A stretch of DNA of 64,000 nucleotides from Sphingomonadales bacterium (GTDB taxonomy: Bacteria; Pseudomonadota; Alphaproteobacteria; Sphingomonadales; Sphingomonadaceae): NCBI GenBank assembly GCA_031371575.1, contig JANMJX010000001.1:2693-66692 (forward strand), in the 5' to 3' direction. The stretch's first letter is position 1. Each line of letters starts with the position of its first letter. Positions 21,886 through 31,089 of this stretch are shown piece by piece. Made by a program: the position numbers and the translations under genes. The notes beneath the pieces are model-generated. The model did not search any database. It was not told the DNA's origin and was given only the letters and a program-made list of their open reading frames with translations.

Positions 21886-21907
21886 CTGTATTGCAAACAC
21901 AATACAG
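21886..21907. promoter_or_regulatory. 8-6-8 palindrome CTGTATTG-N6-CAATACAG, candidate operator of pcm-tolC-popZ
   Basis: Perfect inverted repeat about 40 bp upstream of the pcm start. Confidence 0.5.
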
Positions 21908-22131
21908 CCTGTATAAGGTCTCTAGCTAGCCTAGCGCCTTCAGCCAAGCAAGATTCAGACGAACGACCGATTTTGGGGGGCAAATAGCAATTTTTTCCAT
22001 GGCTTGTGGCGGACGGGGCACAAGCATCCAACATGTGGCCCAGATTGCCGGTTGCATTGAATTCCCCAAGTCGCTAAACGCCCGCCTTCACCACATAGCG
22101 GCATTGCTGTTCAGGCAAGTTGTTGTTTAGG

Positions 22132-22205
22132 GGCCCGATGGCGGAGTGGTGACGCAGAGGACTGCAAATCCTTGCACGCCGGTTCGATTCCGGCTCGGGC
22201 CTCCA
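22132..22205 (+). tRNA. tRNA-Cys(GCA)
   Basis: Acceptor stem GGCCCGA/TCGGGCC, anticodon arm GAGGA-CTGCAAA-TCCTT (GCA at 22164-22166), GGTTCGATTCC T-arm, discriminator U, encoded CCA. Confidence 0.98.
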
Positions 22206-22229
22206 CCTTTTATGTTTTTGCAACAAGAC

Positions 22230-22254
22230 CGCCTCATCTTTGCAATTTGAGGCG
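22230..22254 (+). terminator. Hairpin downstream of tRNA-Cys
   Basis: CGCCTCA-N11-TGAGGCG stem; no clear U-tract. Confidence 0.3.
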
Positions 22255-22370
22255 ATATCACCACTTGCTGGAAACCAAATGTTCCTGTAGTTTTCTGTTT
22301 TTATTCCGTATGTTAATCCTAAAAAAGTTGCGAGCTTTATTATTTTTACAGTTATCTTGCCGCAGCTTTT

Positions 22371-23957
22371 CTACCGATCGGATGCGGCGGCTAGCTTCCA
22401 TGCGCCATCGTCTGCCATCTGCTCGGACAATCGCTGCAATACACAGATCACTTCGACGAGGCGCACGCCATCTATCCGGCGCATGTGCATCGTAGGACGT
22501 CGTATGGCGATCAGCTTTTGCATGTCATGGTCGAATGCAGTCTTCTCGACGAAAACATCGCCAAATACCTCATCCCAGTTTTTATTGCTTTGGATGATCC
22601 CGGACAGTTCACCCAGTTCGGTGAAAGTGATCAGCGTTGCGAACTCTTCACCGCGCGCCATCGCTGCCTGGCGAATTTTCTTGGCCTTCCCAATCAGGTT
22701 CGACGCACACAGCTTGAACCAGTCCGGACCGAAGTGCTCTTCGAGCTTGCGCTCGATATAAGCGCGTAGTTCCTGTTCAAAACGGCCGACCAACGCATAA
22801 GCGTCCTTGCTGATCCCGCGCGACCGAATCGTCATCGACACTTCCCCAAGCGTCACCACTGCGACTGCATTGGCGTCCGAGCGAAGCCCCGCGATTAGCC
22901 CGCTTTCGATCATGATTTCGAGAGCCATGCCGGGCTGGGCGACAACCAGCCCTTCATCGACTTCAGCTTCACGATACATGCGCCTTCGCACACGCCCGTC
23001 ACGCCAAAAATTCTCCGGAAGACCCACGCGGGTGTGCCATTCGCCAAAGAGCGAGTGATAGGCGTCTAGCTGAAAATGGCTGCGCCGGTTAAACACTTCT
23101 CCAACGCCGGCGAGCGCCGACATCTTGATATGAGTCGTCGCGAAATCGAAGTCGGACCGAGCGGTCAGCCCGAGCATTTCACTCATCTTGATTTGATCGA
23201 TCGCGGCGGAGCCGACGAAATTCTGGGCGATCGCGTTGCGCATTTCATCGACCGCTGTGCCAAGGCCGTCTCCCAACAGTTTGGTCAAATCGGGGGTGTT
23301 GATGCGGCCCAGCGTGCTAGCCCATTGCGAAGTCTTAGCAATTTCACCTAGAGGACCAGCTAGCGAAGCAAGCAGCGGTGCTTGAACGTCAAGCTGCTGC
23401 TCTTCGAACTGCTTGATCGCCGATGTGACACCACCGAGCGGGCGCATTAGCTCCTCGAGTCTCTGCCGCGCTTGGCTGATAGCACTTACTAACGACGGAT
23501 CAATTTTGAGCGGCTCCAAACTCTGGATTGCTGCTATCACCTTGGGATCAATCGTTGGTATTGTGGCGTATATCGAGGCAAGACTGGCATTTTCGATTGC
23601 TAATGGCTGGATCGCATTGAGAGTTGCCGCCAGCGTCGTGGAGGGTTCGATCAACTGGCGCATCGCGTCAATGCTCGCCGTCTCTGGTGAGCCGAAAGCT
23701 GGGCCACGCGCGAGCGCGATCTGTTTAGCAAGCTGTTGAGTAGGCGAATTGGCGTATTCGCGGGCAAGTTTTGCCGCCGGGCCATCAAACAGTTCTCGCG
23801 CCAGTTTGACTGACGGCGAGTCTAGATACTGGCTAATGACGTGATTGGTCGTTAAGTTTTGTTCTTCAGGGACCATGTTATCGGTAGCCGTCATCAGCTC
23901 TTCGCTTGGGCTTTTCGAGGGTTTGCCGCTTGCACTGTCGTCGTCATCCATTGCCAT
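22371..23957 (-). CDS. Protein with C-terminal Swt1-like HEPN domain
   Basis: FEQELRAYIERKLEEHFGPDWF, ELGELSGII..KNWDEVF and RRPTMH (Rx4H); long helical repetitive N-terminus. Confidence 0.75.
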   Translation of the reverse strand: MAMDDDDSASGKPSKSPSEELMTATDNMVPEEQNLTTNHVISQYLDSPSVKLARELFDGPAAKLAREYANSPTQQLAKQIALARGPAFGSPETASIDAMRQLIEPSTTLAATLNAIQPLAIENASLASIYATIPTIDPKVIAAIQSLEPLKIDPSLVSAISQARQRLEELMRPLGGVTSAIKQFEEQQLDVQAPLLASLAGPLGEIAKTSQWASTLGRINTPDLTKLLGDGLGTAVDEMRNAIAQNFVGSAAIDQIKMSEMLGLTARSDFDFATTHIKMSALAGVGEVFNRRSHFQLDAYHSLFGEWHTRVGLPENFWRDGRVRRRMYREAEVDEGLVVAQPGMALEIMIESGLIAGLRSDANAVAVVTLGEVSMTIRSRGISKDAYALVGRFEQELRAYIERKLEEHFGPDWFKLCASNLIGKAKKIRQAAMARGEEFATLITFTELGELSGIIQSNKNWDEVFGDVFVEKTAFDHDMQKLIAIRRPTMHMRRIDGVRLVEVICVLQRLSEQMADDGAWKLAAASDR

Positions 23958-24095
23958 CGCCTTTTCCTTCGCACCACCAGCCGTTCGATAAAATAACGAC
24001 TGTCGTTGGCAGTGTCAGATTATGGTTGCCCAAAGGCCAGACATATCGTGATCAAGAAAGCTGCAAAAGTCATAAGTCCTATTATATGTACGCTT

Positions 24096-24956
24096 ATGCT
24101 TATCCCACTTTCGTTTCGGGGAAATCCTGAACTGCCTTTTCTAACCGCGTGCACGGGCCGTGCAATTGACCTTGCAGGAGAGGATCATGGCGCCCACCCC
24201 CTGCAGCTCATTCCGGCACGCTGGCGATCATTCAGCAGTCTGTTTATCTATTTCGTCGATGAACTGGCGTCTGTTGAGGCTGAGTTCGAACCAAATGGTG
24301 CAGTGCTGATCGAAGCATTTCGTCGTGTTGTCTATGACGCGACTGAACTATTCGACTGCTACGCCAATTTGCTGCCGGGCCGGATCAATCCAAGTTCGAA
24401 GGGGGAGCGCCAAGCGCTCAAGGATTTTCGAGACGTTGCGCAGCTCTTGCGCGGTTTTACCGCGAGCCTATGTAATCGTTGCAAACACGCTGGTGCACAG
24501 TTTCAGTTTTTGTGCGCCCGATCAAGTAAGAACGGGCGGGTAAGCGCGCGGCTGCTTGTGCAAGTCTACGACGGCAAAAATGCATTGCTAAGAGATGACA
24601 AGATTCACAAAGGGCTCATGGCGGGTTTGGGATTGGTTCGCCTCGGGCAAGAACTAGCGCACAACTTACTTCGCGCCGACCTTGCCGCCGCGCACCTCAT
24701 AAAGGCCATGGAGGATAGAGAGACCGAGCCAATGAAAGTAATTTCGGCCGAGATCCCCATCGGAGGCGCACTTCGCCGTCTTTGCGCTCTCGAAGCAACG
24801 CGACACTCAGATGAGGTTTCAAAACATTGTGGTATGGTCTTCAGAGACGACGTGATAAAACTGGCCCGAGTGACGGCGGTGGATCTTGGCCGCAATGTAC
24901 TAATGAGGACAATGTTCACGCATCATTTGCCGACAACGTCGTATTCTGTCGCTTGA
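24096..24956 (+). CDS. Hypothetical protein (possible divergent HEPN-like, NxxKH)
   Basis: Long ORF; helical N-half ending LCNRCKH; ATG 24096 preferred to TTG 24006. Confidence 0.6.
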   Translation: MLIPLSFRGNPELPFLTACTGRAIDLAGEDHGAHPLQLIPARWRSFSSLFIYFVDELASVEAEFEPNGAVLIEAFRRVVYDATELFDCYANLLPGRINPSSKGERQALKDFRDVAQLLRGFTASLCNRCKHAGAQFQFLCARSSKNGRVSARLLVQVYDGKNALLRDDKIHKGLMAGLGLVRLGQELAHNLLRADLAAAHLIKAMEDRETEPMKVISAEIPIGGALRRLCALEATRHSDEVSKHCGMVFRDDVIKLARVTAVDLGRNVLMRTMFTHHLPTTSYSVA

Positions 24957-25405
24957 GGGCAGCGGGCGGACGTTCAATAATTCAGCCGGCTGGGCAGTGG
25001 CGATTTAGTATAACTATTCAACTTCGGCATGACGAAGCTCAAATTGCGGGCGTATTTTCTCACGAACCGCGTTTGAATTCGCCTGTTAAAAGGCATTTTT
25101 GGCAAAATGTCGTTCGTAGGAAGATCTTCGTTAAACACCTCTTTCCATGCAATTCGAAACGTGCCGACAGCGTTCCAGTAAGCTTGCTATATAGCTCTGC
25201 CGCCTTGACCTGCGATTATATCGTCGTTCAACAATTCCACATTCCTATAACCCAGTGATGCAAGGCATTATATGTACAATATGAAAATCGGTACTGCCCA
25301 GTCACTGCATCGTCATGTAATCCCGCCGTACCTCATTGGTCTTCTCTAAACGCGCAAATCGTAAAAGTAAGCGATTGACCCTTAACAACATTTACTTAAC
25401 AACAG

Positions 25406-26440
25406 ATGCTGAATGCGACAGGGAGCGCTGGCGAGGCTAGTGAAAGAAATATGGAATTTAGCGGCGCTAGTCTTGATGCTGTTTTGCACAAACTCTATGT
25501 CGTGCTTCTTGACGAGGGTAAGCCGCACACCGGGTCGAGGGGGAAGACCCGTGAGTTGCTCAGCATTACGATCAGGATCTCAAATCCACGTGCCCGGATA
25601 AGCATTTCCGAAGATCGAGGTAAACTCTTCAGCGCGTTGGGGGAGCTACTATGGTACCTATCGGGGTTAGATACTTTGGAATTTATAGAGCCTTATGTGC
25701 CAGCCTATGCCGATGATGCTCAGAATGGTATCCTTGAGGGCGCATATGGACCTCGGTTGCTGAACCTGCGCGGCGGAATTGATCAACTCGACAGCATTCA
25801 GAAACTTTTAATGACCAAACCAGGGTCGCGACGGGCAGTCATCCAGCTTTTCAATGCAGAAGACATCGCAACAGAATTTAGGGAAATTCCCTGCACCACC
25901 ACCATGCAATTCCACCTCCGTCATGGCATGCTTCACATGTCGGTGACTATGCGCTCAAATGACGCATATTTTGGGCTTCCGCACGACGTTTTCTGTTTCA
26001 CGATGATACAAGAGATTATGGCGCGTCGGCTCGGTGTCGAATTAGGCGAATATCACCAATATGTTGGCAGTATGCACGTGTATGAAGAATACTTGGACGC
26101 CATGAACGATTATGTCTCTGAAGGCGTCCAGCAGACACGGGCGATGCCGCCCATGCCCGTGGGGGATCCTTCCAGAGTGATCGAACACGTGGTCAAGATT
26201 GAAGGTCGGCTTCGCAATGGTGAGAAAATCACTGCGGCAGCGGAGACTGAAGAGCCTTATTGGGCGGATATTATACGTTTGCTTCAAGTTTTTTGGACCC
26301 GAAAATTAGATGCGGGCTATTCAGCGAGACTAATTGAGCTGAACGCCGAGCTGGATTGTGAAATCTATGCGCCATATTTGGAGGGCAAGCTTCCTCTAAA
26401 AAGCAACACCGCAAATGCCGTCCAGAACAAAGAAATTTGA
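25406..26440 (+). CDS. Thymidylate-synthase-fold enzyme with dCMP-type specificity residue (dCMP hydroxymethylase-like)
   Basis: ELLWYL, GAYGPR, SRRAVI, IPC (C163), RSNDAYFGLPHD (D194) and SMHVY motifs. Confidence 0.85.
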   Translation: MLNATGSAGEASERNMEFSGASLDAVLHKLYVVLLDEGKPHTGSRGKTRELLSITIRISNPRARISISEDRGKLFSALGELLWYLSGLDTLEFIEPYVPAYADDAQNGILEGAYGPRLLNLRGGIDQLDSIQKLLMTKPGSRRAVIQLFNAEDIATEFREIPCTTTMQFHLRHGMLHMSVTMRSNDAYFGLPHDVFCFTMIQEIMARRLGVELGEYHQYVGSMHVYEEYLDAMNDYVSEGVQQTRAMPPMPVGDPSRVIEHVVKIEGRLRNGEKITAAAETEEPYWADIIRLLQVFWTRKLDAGYSARLIELNAELDCEIYAPYLEGKLPLKSNTANAVQNKEI

Positions 26441-26448
26441 GGAGCTCT

Positions 26449-27366
26449 ATGATGTGGCCTTCGCGAAAAAGCGATCATCAGCGGCTTGTCGTTGAACTAA
26501 AAGCCGCCAGAGCGGCTCAGGCACTTAAAGGACTGCCCGATGATAAAACCGTTGATACGCTTGCTATGCAATTCATCGCAAGTTTGCGGCGCGAAGATTA
26601 TTACCGGCTCGTCCAACGAGGCACAATTTCTGCTAATCGCGCGGATCCTAACAACGGTTCCTTCGATGCCGAGCGTGCAGTCGCTTTTCATATGCAGCAG
26701 AACAACATCGATGAAGCGGGTTGGCTAATTTTCCTGATGACGCATTTTGGTCGCCGGCCGGACAGCGGATGGAAACGCCTTCAGGATGTTTACGGTCAAC
26801 TCGGCGCCGGCGTATGGGACTGGCCAACGGTTTCTGCAAATCCATCCGGCTTCAACCAGTGGCTTACTGCAAATTGGACACACGTGGGCGGCGCATTTGG
26901 AAATCATCGCAAATACGAAAGCTTGCGTCCAACTGCAAAACGAACAGTGCAGCGTGCCGTTGCTGATTACCTCACTTGGATTGGTCCGGCGGGACATTCC
27001 GCATTTTTTGCAAATACCGTGATCGCAGCAGGTAATGACCCCCACATAATCTTTGATTATCTTTATAAACATATGAAAATAAATTCTTTTGGTCGTTTAG
27101 CCAAATTCGACTACCTGTCCCTGATAGGCCGATACAGGGTTGCTCCAATCGAGGCTGGCTCGGCCTATTTGTCTGGAGCCACAGGGCCAGGGAATGGTGC
27201 GCGCCTGCTCGTTGACGGGGCACGCAAGAGCGGTAGCCATCTTGATGTCATTCAGCAGCAGCTGGATGCGTTGGACACACGTCTCAAAGTTGGGATGGCA
27301 GTAATGGAAGACGCGTTGTGCAATTGGCAAAAAAGTCCGAAAAAGTTCGTGCACTTTGTAGGCTAG
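26449..27366 (+). CDS. Alpha-glutamyl/putrescinyl thymine pyrophosphorylase clade 3-like (HhH-fold) protein
   Basis: DEAGWLIFLMTHFG, FGNHRKYESL, FGRLAKFDYL, GATGP and MEDALCNWQKSP match my recollection of this family; SD GAGGAG at 26439-26444. Confidence 0.72.
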   Translation: MMWPSRKSDHQRLVVELKAARAAQALKGLPDDKTVDTLAMQFIASLRREDYYRLVQRGTISANRADPNNGSFDAERAVAFHMQQNNIDEAGWLIFLMTHFGRRPDSGWKRLQDVYGQLGAGVWDWPTVSANPSGFNQWLTANWTHVGGAFGNHRKYESLRPTAKRTVQRAVADYLTWIGPAGHSAFFANTVIAAGNDPHIIFDYLYKHMKINSFGRLAKFDYLSLIGRYRVAPIEAGSAYLSGATGPGNGARLLVDGARKSGSHLDVIQQQLDALDTRLKVGMAVMEDALCNWQKSPKKFVHFVG

Positions 27367-27382
27367 AGTATTGTTGCGATTT

Positions 27383-28486
27383 TCAATCAAAGACTTTTGA
27401 AAGGTCTTCCCACTGCCACCGGCGCTTGAGGTAATTCAACTGCTCGCGCCCAATCATTCGGCGGTTTTGCATCTGTCCGACTGTCAACCCGGCTGCTACG
27501 CCTACTGATACACTAAAGCGTATAACTTCGTATTTGTCTGCCGGTAGGTGTTCGAACTCCTCGACGTGCTTTTCAGGCACGATGAGGCGCGAAGCGAATT
27601 GGTTTGCCTCCCGTTCGTTCTCGTCTACATCATCTCCATCCATATCAGCATCGACGAAGGTTTTTGCACTGTGGAGGATCAGATGACCAATTTCGTGAAA
27701 TACTGTAAACCAGAACGTATCATCTGATCGGCCACGGAAGCTAAGCAGGATCATCGCTTTGTCCGGTGCCACGAGGCGACTCGCACCGGAGGCGCGACAG
27801 CCGATAGGCGATCTTTTCGCAACCAAAGCAACGCCAGATTCCGCACACAACTGCCGAAGCTTGGGCATGAAGTCTTCTGGTCGCTTCTGCTTTGAGAGCC
27901 TGCGGATCGCATCAAGTCGATCTTCAAGATTCCCTGCATTCCATGGCTTTGTTGTTACCAAATCTGAGCTCAGTTCACCGTCGCGCAGCCACATAAGAAC
28001 TGCACCATCATTAGAGCTAAAAGTGGCAGAAGTGCGGAAAAGAGTGTTTGTGCAAATCTTCCCGTAACGGGATTGCCATGCACTCATCGTCCCCACATTG
28101 AAGAAGCGGAGGCGGCGTCGAACTTCATCTCGTTTTGTGAGGGCAGTGAGCCGCCCTCTGGGTTTTCCTCCCGGCACGGGAAGCATTAGCCAATCGTCAG
28201 CTTCAACCGCTGTGGCCCTGTCGACAGCACGTTCAAGAGCCTCATCATATTGCTCCTGCCGCTTAAGCCAAAAATTAGTGGTGCCACCAACAGATCCGGC
28301 CAGAATACTGGCATGTTGATCATCTAGTTTCTCCGAACCGTCGAGAAGGCCGCGCAGTGTTTCAATGCCTCCATCTAAATAATTAGCAACATCTTCTGCG
28401 GAAAGACGTCGACGAAGCATCAAAGCTCGCAAAGCGTCGCCAGGCTTGGAGAACCAGTCAGGCGTGAACTCAAGTTCTTGCTTCAT
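27383..28486 (-). CDS. HigA-type XRE HTH antitoxin fused to ImmA/IrrE metallopeptidase
   Basis: FTPDWFSKPG HTH start, FWFTVFHEIGH and EREANQFA; ATGA overlap with the upstream toxin-like gene. Confidence 0.88.
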   Translation of the reverse strand: MKQELEFTPDWFSKPGDALRALMLRRRLSAEDVANYLDGGIETLRGLLDGSEKLDDQHASILAGSVGGTTNFWLKRQEQYDEALERAVDRATAVEADDWLMLPVPGGKPRGRLTALTKRDEVRRRLRFFNVGTMSAWQSRYGKICTNTLFRTSATFSSNDGAVLMWLRDGELSSDLVTTKPWNAGNLEDRLDAIRRLSKQKRPEDFMPKLRQLCAESGVALVAKRSPIGCRASGASRLVAPDKAMILLSFRGRSDDTFWFTVFHEIGHLILHSAKTFVDADMDGDDVDENEREANQFASRLIVPEKHVEEFEHLPADKYEVIRFSVSVGVAAGLTVGQMQNRRMIGREQLNYLKRRWQWEDLSKVFD

Positions 28487-28824
28487 GGCACCCTCGTTAT
28501 TGTCACAAGCTTCAACCTTTTTACGGTAGACCAAATTACCCTGTCTGCTGCGTCACGACTAAAACGCTTGCCCACGACGACAAGCAGCGCGCTGTAGTAT
28601 GAACCAATCGAAACGGAAAGTGAATCGTCCTCAAAAATTTTTATTTCATCGCCCAAAAAATCGATGAGCTCTTGCACACTGTCGAATGCGCTGGTGTCAG
28701 AGATGAAAGTGACAAGGGCAGCCGCATTCAAACTTCCGAATACTAATTCGGCTCGGCTTAAATCTACGCAAATATCGTGGAGCGCCTGATCGGCGAACGA
28801 AATTGTGATCACCTCGACCGCCAA
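28483..28824 (-). CDS. HigB/RelE-like toxin
   Basis: ISFADQALHDIC N-terminus, size, and toxin-first order ahead of HigA-IrrE. Confidence 0.6.
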   Translation of the reverse strand: MAVEVITISFADQALHDICVDLSRAELVFGSLNAAALVTFISDTSAFDSVQELIDFLGDEIKIFEDDSLSVSIGSYYSALLVVVGKRFSRDAADRVIWSTVKRLKLVTITRVP

Positions 28825-28879
28825 CTGAATAGGTCAGCCGACTTGGGCACAGCAATCAAAGGCGAACCTGTGTATTTGC

Positions 28880-29251
28880 TCATTGCGGCAGCGGGGATCC
28901 ATGAGGCTTGGTTTGCTGCTTGGCACGAATGGTCTCAATCCTTTCCCAATTACGAGCAAGCTCAATAGCGCCGGCCTCGTCCATATGAATTCCCGATGCG
29001 CTGCATAAGCTGGCAAGTGTAACCATTACTCCTCCTACTTCTTGTGAGGAGTCGCCCTTTGGCCGGCCAAATACGTAATCGACGAGGGAGATAGCATCGC
29101 TTCGACTACAACCATTGGCTTGTGCCAACTCAAGCGCTTCTTCTAAAAAACGATGAGTTCGTTCGGCGCGATTGGTGTTGACGGATGGCGGAAAGCAAGC
29201 CTCAAGCCATTCTTCGACTTGCTTCTGATAAGATGTAAGTTCAGCTTCCAT
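28880..29251 (-). CDS. MazG-like all-alpha NTP pyrophosphatase-like protein
   Basis: YQKQVEEW..., RFLEEALEL and QEVGGVMVTL; likely start ATG 29251. Confidence 0.65.
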   Translation of the reverse strand: MEAELTSYQKQVEEWLEACFPPSVNTNRAERTHRFLEEALELAQANGCSRSDAISLVDYVFGRPKGDSSQEVGGVMVTLASLCSASGIHMDEAGAIELARNWERIETIRAKQQTKPHGSPLPQ

Positions 29252-29450
29252 TTTATATCCGATCTCTTGAGATACTGCCTCAACCTCAGCTGCGCCGTCG
29301 GCCATACCATGGTCACTTAGAGCAATCATCCTGAATGGCTGTGGTCCACCTACAAAAAATAGCGCGTAAATAAAGCGATAAACTGAACCGGCACCCTCGT
29401 TAACCTCGCACGTGTGAGTATATTGCGAGCATCCACGCATATAAATTGCC

Positions 29451-29650
29451 AACTTCTGAATTGGGCATTATTCAAACATCAGATTATCGGCACTCACCAT
29501 TGGATGTCGGCAAAATACATGAACATGTATATCAGTGAAATGTCGTGGCGCTTCAATTTACGCTCGATAACTGCAGGAGAATGTGGGAACGCGCATTTAG
29601 CACAGACATAGAGTTGCTTGGCCTATAAGGCTCTGACTGCACGACAAACA
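29451..29650 (+). pseudogene. IS1595-family transposase C-terminal remnant
   Basis: WALFKHQIIGTHHWMSAKYMNMYISEMSWRFN, then a stop, then LAYKAL; N-terminus absent. Confidence 0.75.
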
Positions 29651-29993
29651 AGAAAACGCGCGCCATGCCTCAGGAACGCAGAATCACTTGATTGACCTAG
29701 TTTTAACTGAACTTTGAGGTTTCGTACGTTTTGGCTCCAGCCGGAAACGACTCCTGAAAATACTCTGGCATAGAGAGCGATTTGTTGGGCGTCTTCGGCC
29801 AGGGCTTGTAAAGCATCCGGTCATCGGCTCTTCACCGCAGTAGTTTCTTTTGCTAACACCCATCGTATGTAGACTTGTGAAAGCGTGACCAGACCGGGTG
29901 GTTTATCTGCCATGGCCAATTTTTGTCCTAAACTTTAGCGAACGAAGCTGTAATGCTTATTTGCATCTGATAGACGACGTCGGAGGTTCTGAT

Positions 29994-30812
29994 TTGTTCG
30001 CAAGATTTCGAAAACAAAAACGGAACGGTGCCTCCTCAGGAAGAACGGTCCGCAGCCGAGCAGTTAGAAGTCGTGGCGGCTCCGTCTCACCCGAACATTG
30101 GCGAAGCTCTTTATGGAAATTCATTAATAGCCCTTTTTTTCTGACACTTTTAACTGCCGTGTTAATGGCAGGCGCCGTAAAGATTTACGATGACAGACAG
30201 AAAGCAGCGGTCGATCTCAATGTGCGGCGGGCCACTTATGTTGAACTCCTGGCGGAAATCCAGTTGCGCGTTTCAAAGCTACAGGACGCGGATTCTCAAT
30301 TGAACGGTTTTATTGGAACTGGAACGAATTTTAATGAAGCGTCACCATTGCCTGGGTCTGGCCCACGCCGGGCAGCATTCGAACGCAAAAGTTTTGATAC
30401 AGGCAAAGCAGAGGCCGATATTTTGTCGGGGCGGGGAAAGTATGTGCCGACTGACCCTGTCTATGCAAATATCGACTTGCTGACGTTAATGGCTCGGCTT
30501 GAAAACCTCGGTGGCGTTCCTGACCTTTACGCAGGTTCGTTGAGACTACTGCGTGTGCTAGACGCACCTTCCGACGTACTTTGGCTGTTCGTTCGCGCTT
30601 ATTTGCCGCTCCTCCAAGACTTTGTCATTAGGCGACATCTGCTCCACAGTAGCGGAAATTTACCTCTTCCGGCTGGAGTTGAGCTAACGTCGGAGCAAAA
30701 GAAGTTCTTAGGCATTCGCAATCCAAAACCGGGCGAGATGGAAGCATTGCAACGCAAGAACGATGTCTTACAACGGAGGATTAAAGATGCGTTTACTGTC
30801 GAGAAAATGTAG
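29994..30812 (+). CDS. Hypothetical single-TM protein
   Basis: GGAGG at 29982-29986 before TTG 29994; basic N-terminus, one TM (PFFLTLLTAVLMAGAV), then a coiled segment. Confidence 0.65.
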   Translation: MFARFRKQKRNGASSGRTVRSRAVRSRGGSVSPEHWRSSLWKFINSPFFLTLLTAVLMAGAVKIYDDRQKAAVDLNVRRATYVELLAEIQLRVSKLQDADSQLNGFIGTGTNFNEASPLPGSGPRRAAFERKSFDTGKAEADILSGRGKYVPTDPVYANIDLLTLMARLENLGGVPDLYAGSLRLLRVLDAPSDVLWLFVRAYLPLLQDFVIRRHLLHSSGNLPLPAGVELTSEQKKFLGIRNPKPGEMEALQRKNDVLQRRIKDAFTVEKM

Positions 30813-31089
30813 CCGGGAAGCCACCAAATCATAAAGTTTCCGCTCGGCCGATTTAGCGATGCTAAATTTTCGGCCAAGACTATCTTCTTGAAACACCAAT
30901 CGGAGTTGGAAAGTGCAAGCACAACCTTAACGATTTCCCGATAGGTCTTGCAGTGTAATTTGCTGCATAAAGCGATGACGTGCCGGATACGGTGTGCACG
31001 GCCAGTTTCAGATAAGTTGAATTACGTAAAGCACGGGCGCACAATCACGAGGTGATTCGTACTGGGAGCGGATAGGACAACATGAAGTT

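Noticed and set aside
22172-22495. 107-aa ORF
   Set aside because: Starts inside the tRNA and overlaps the HEPN gene.
24827-25340. 143-aa plus-strand ORF, or a minus-strand pseudogene
   Set aside because: The plus ORF overlaps the previous gene with no motif; the minus frame has stops and no recognisable family.
25406-26440. Housekeeping thyA
   Set aside because: Asp at the dUMP-specificity position, IPCT rather than PCH, and an island location.
25264-29450. Inverted repeats (GGCATTATATG / GGCAATTTATATG) bounding the TS-TA block as one transposon
   Set aside because: Match is short, needs a 2-nt gap, and there is no target-site duplication.
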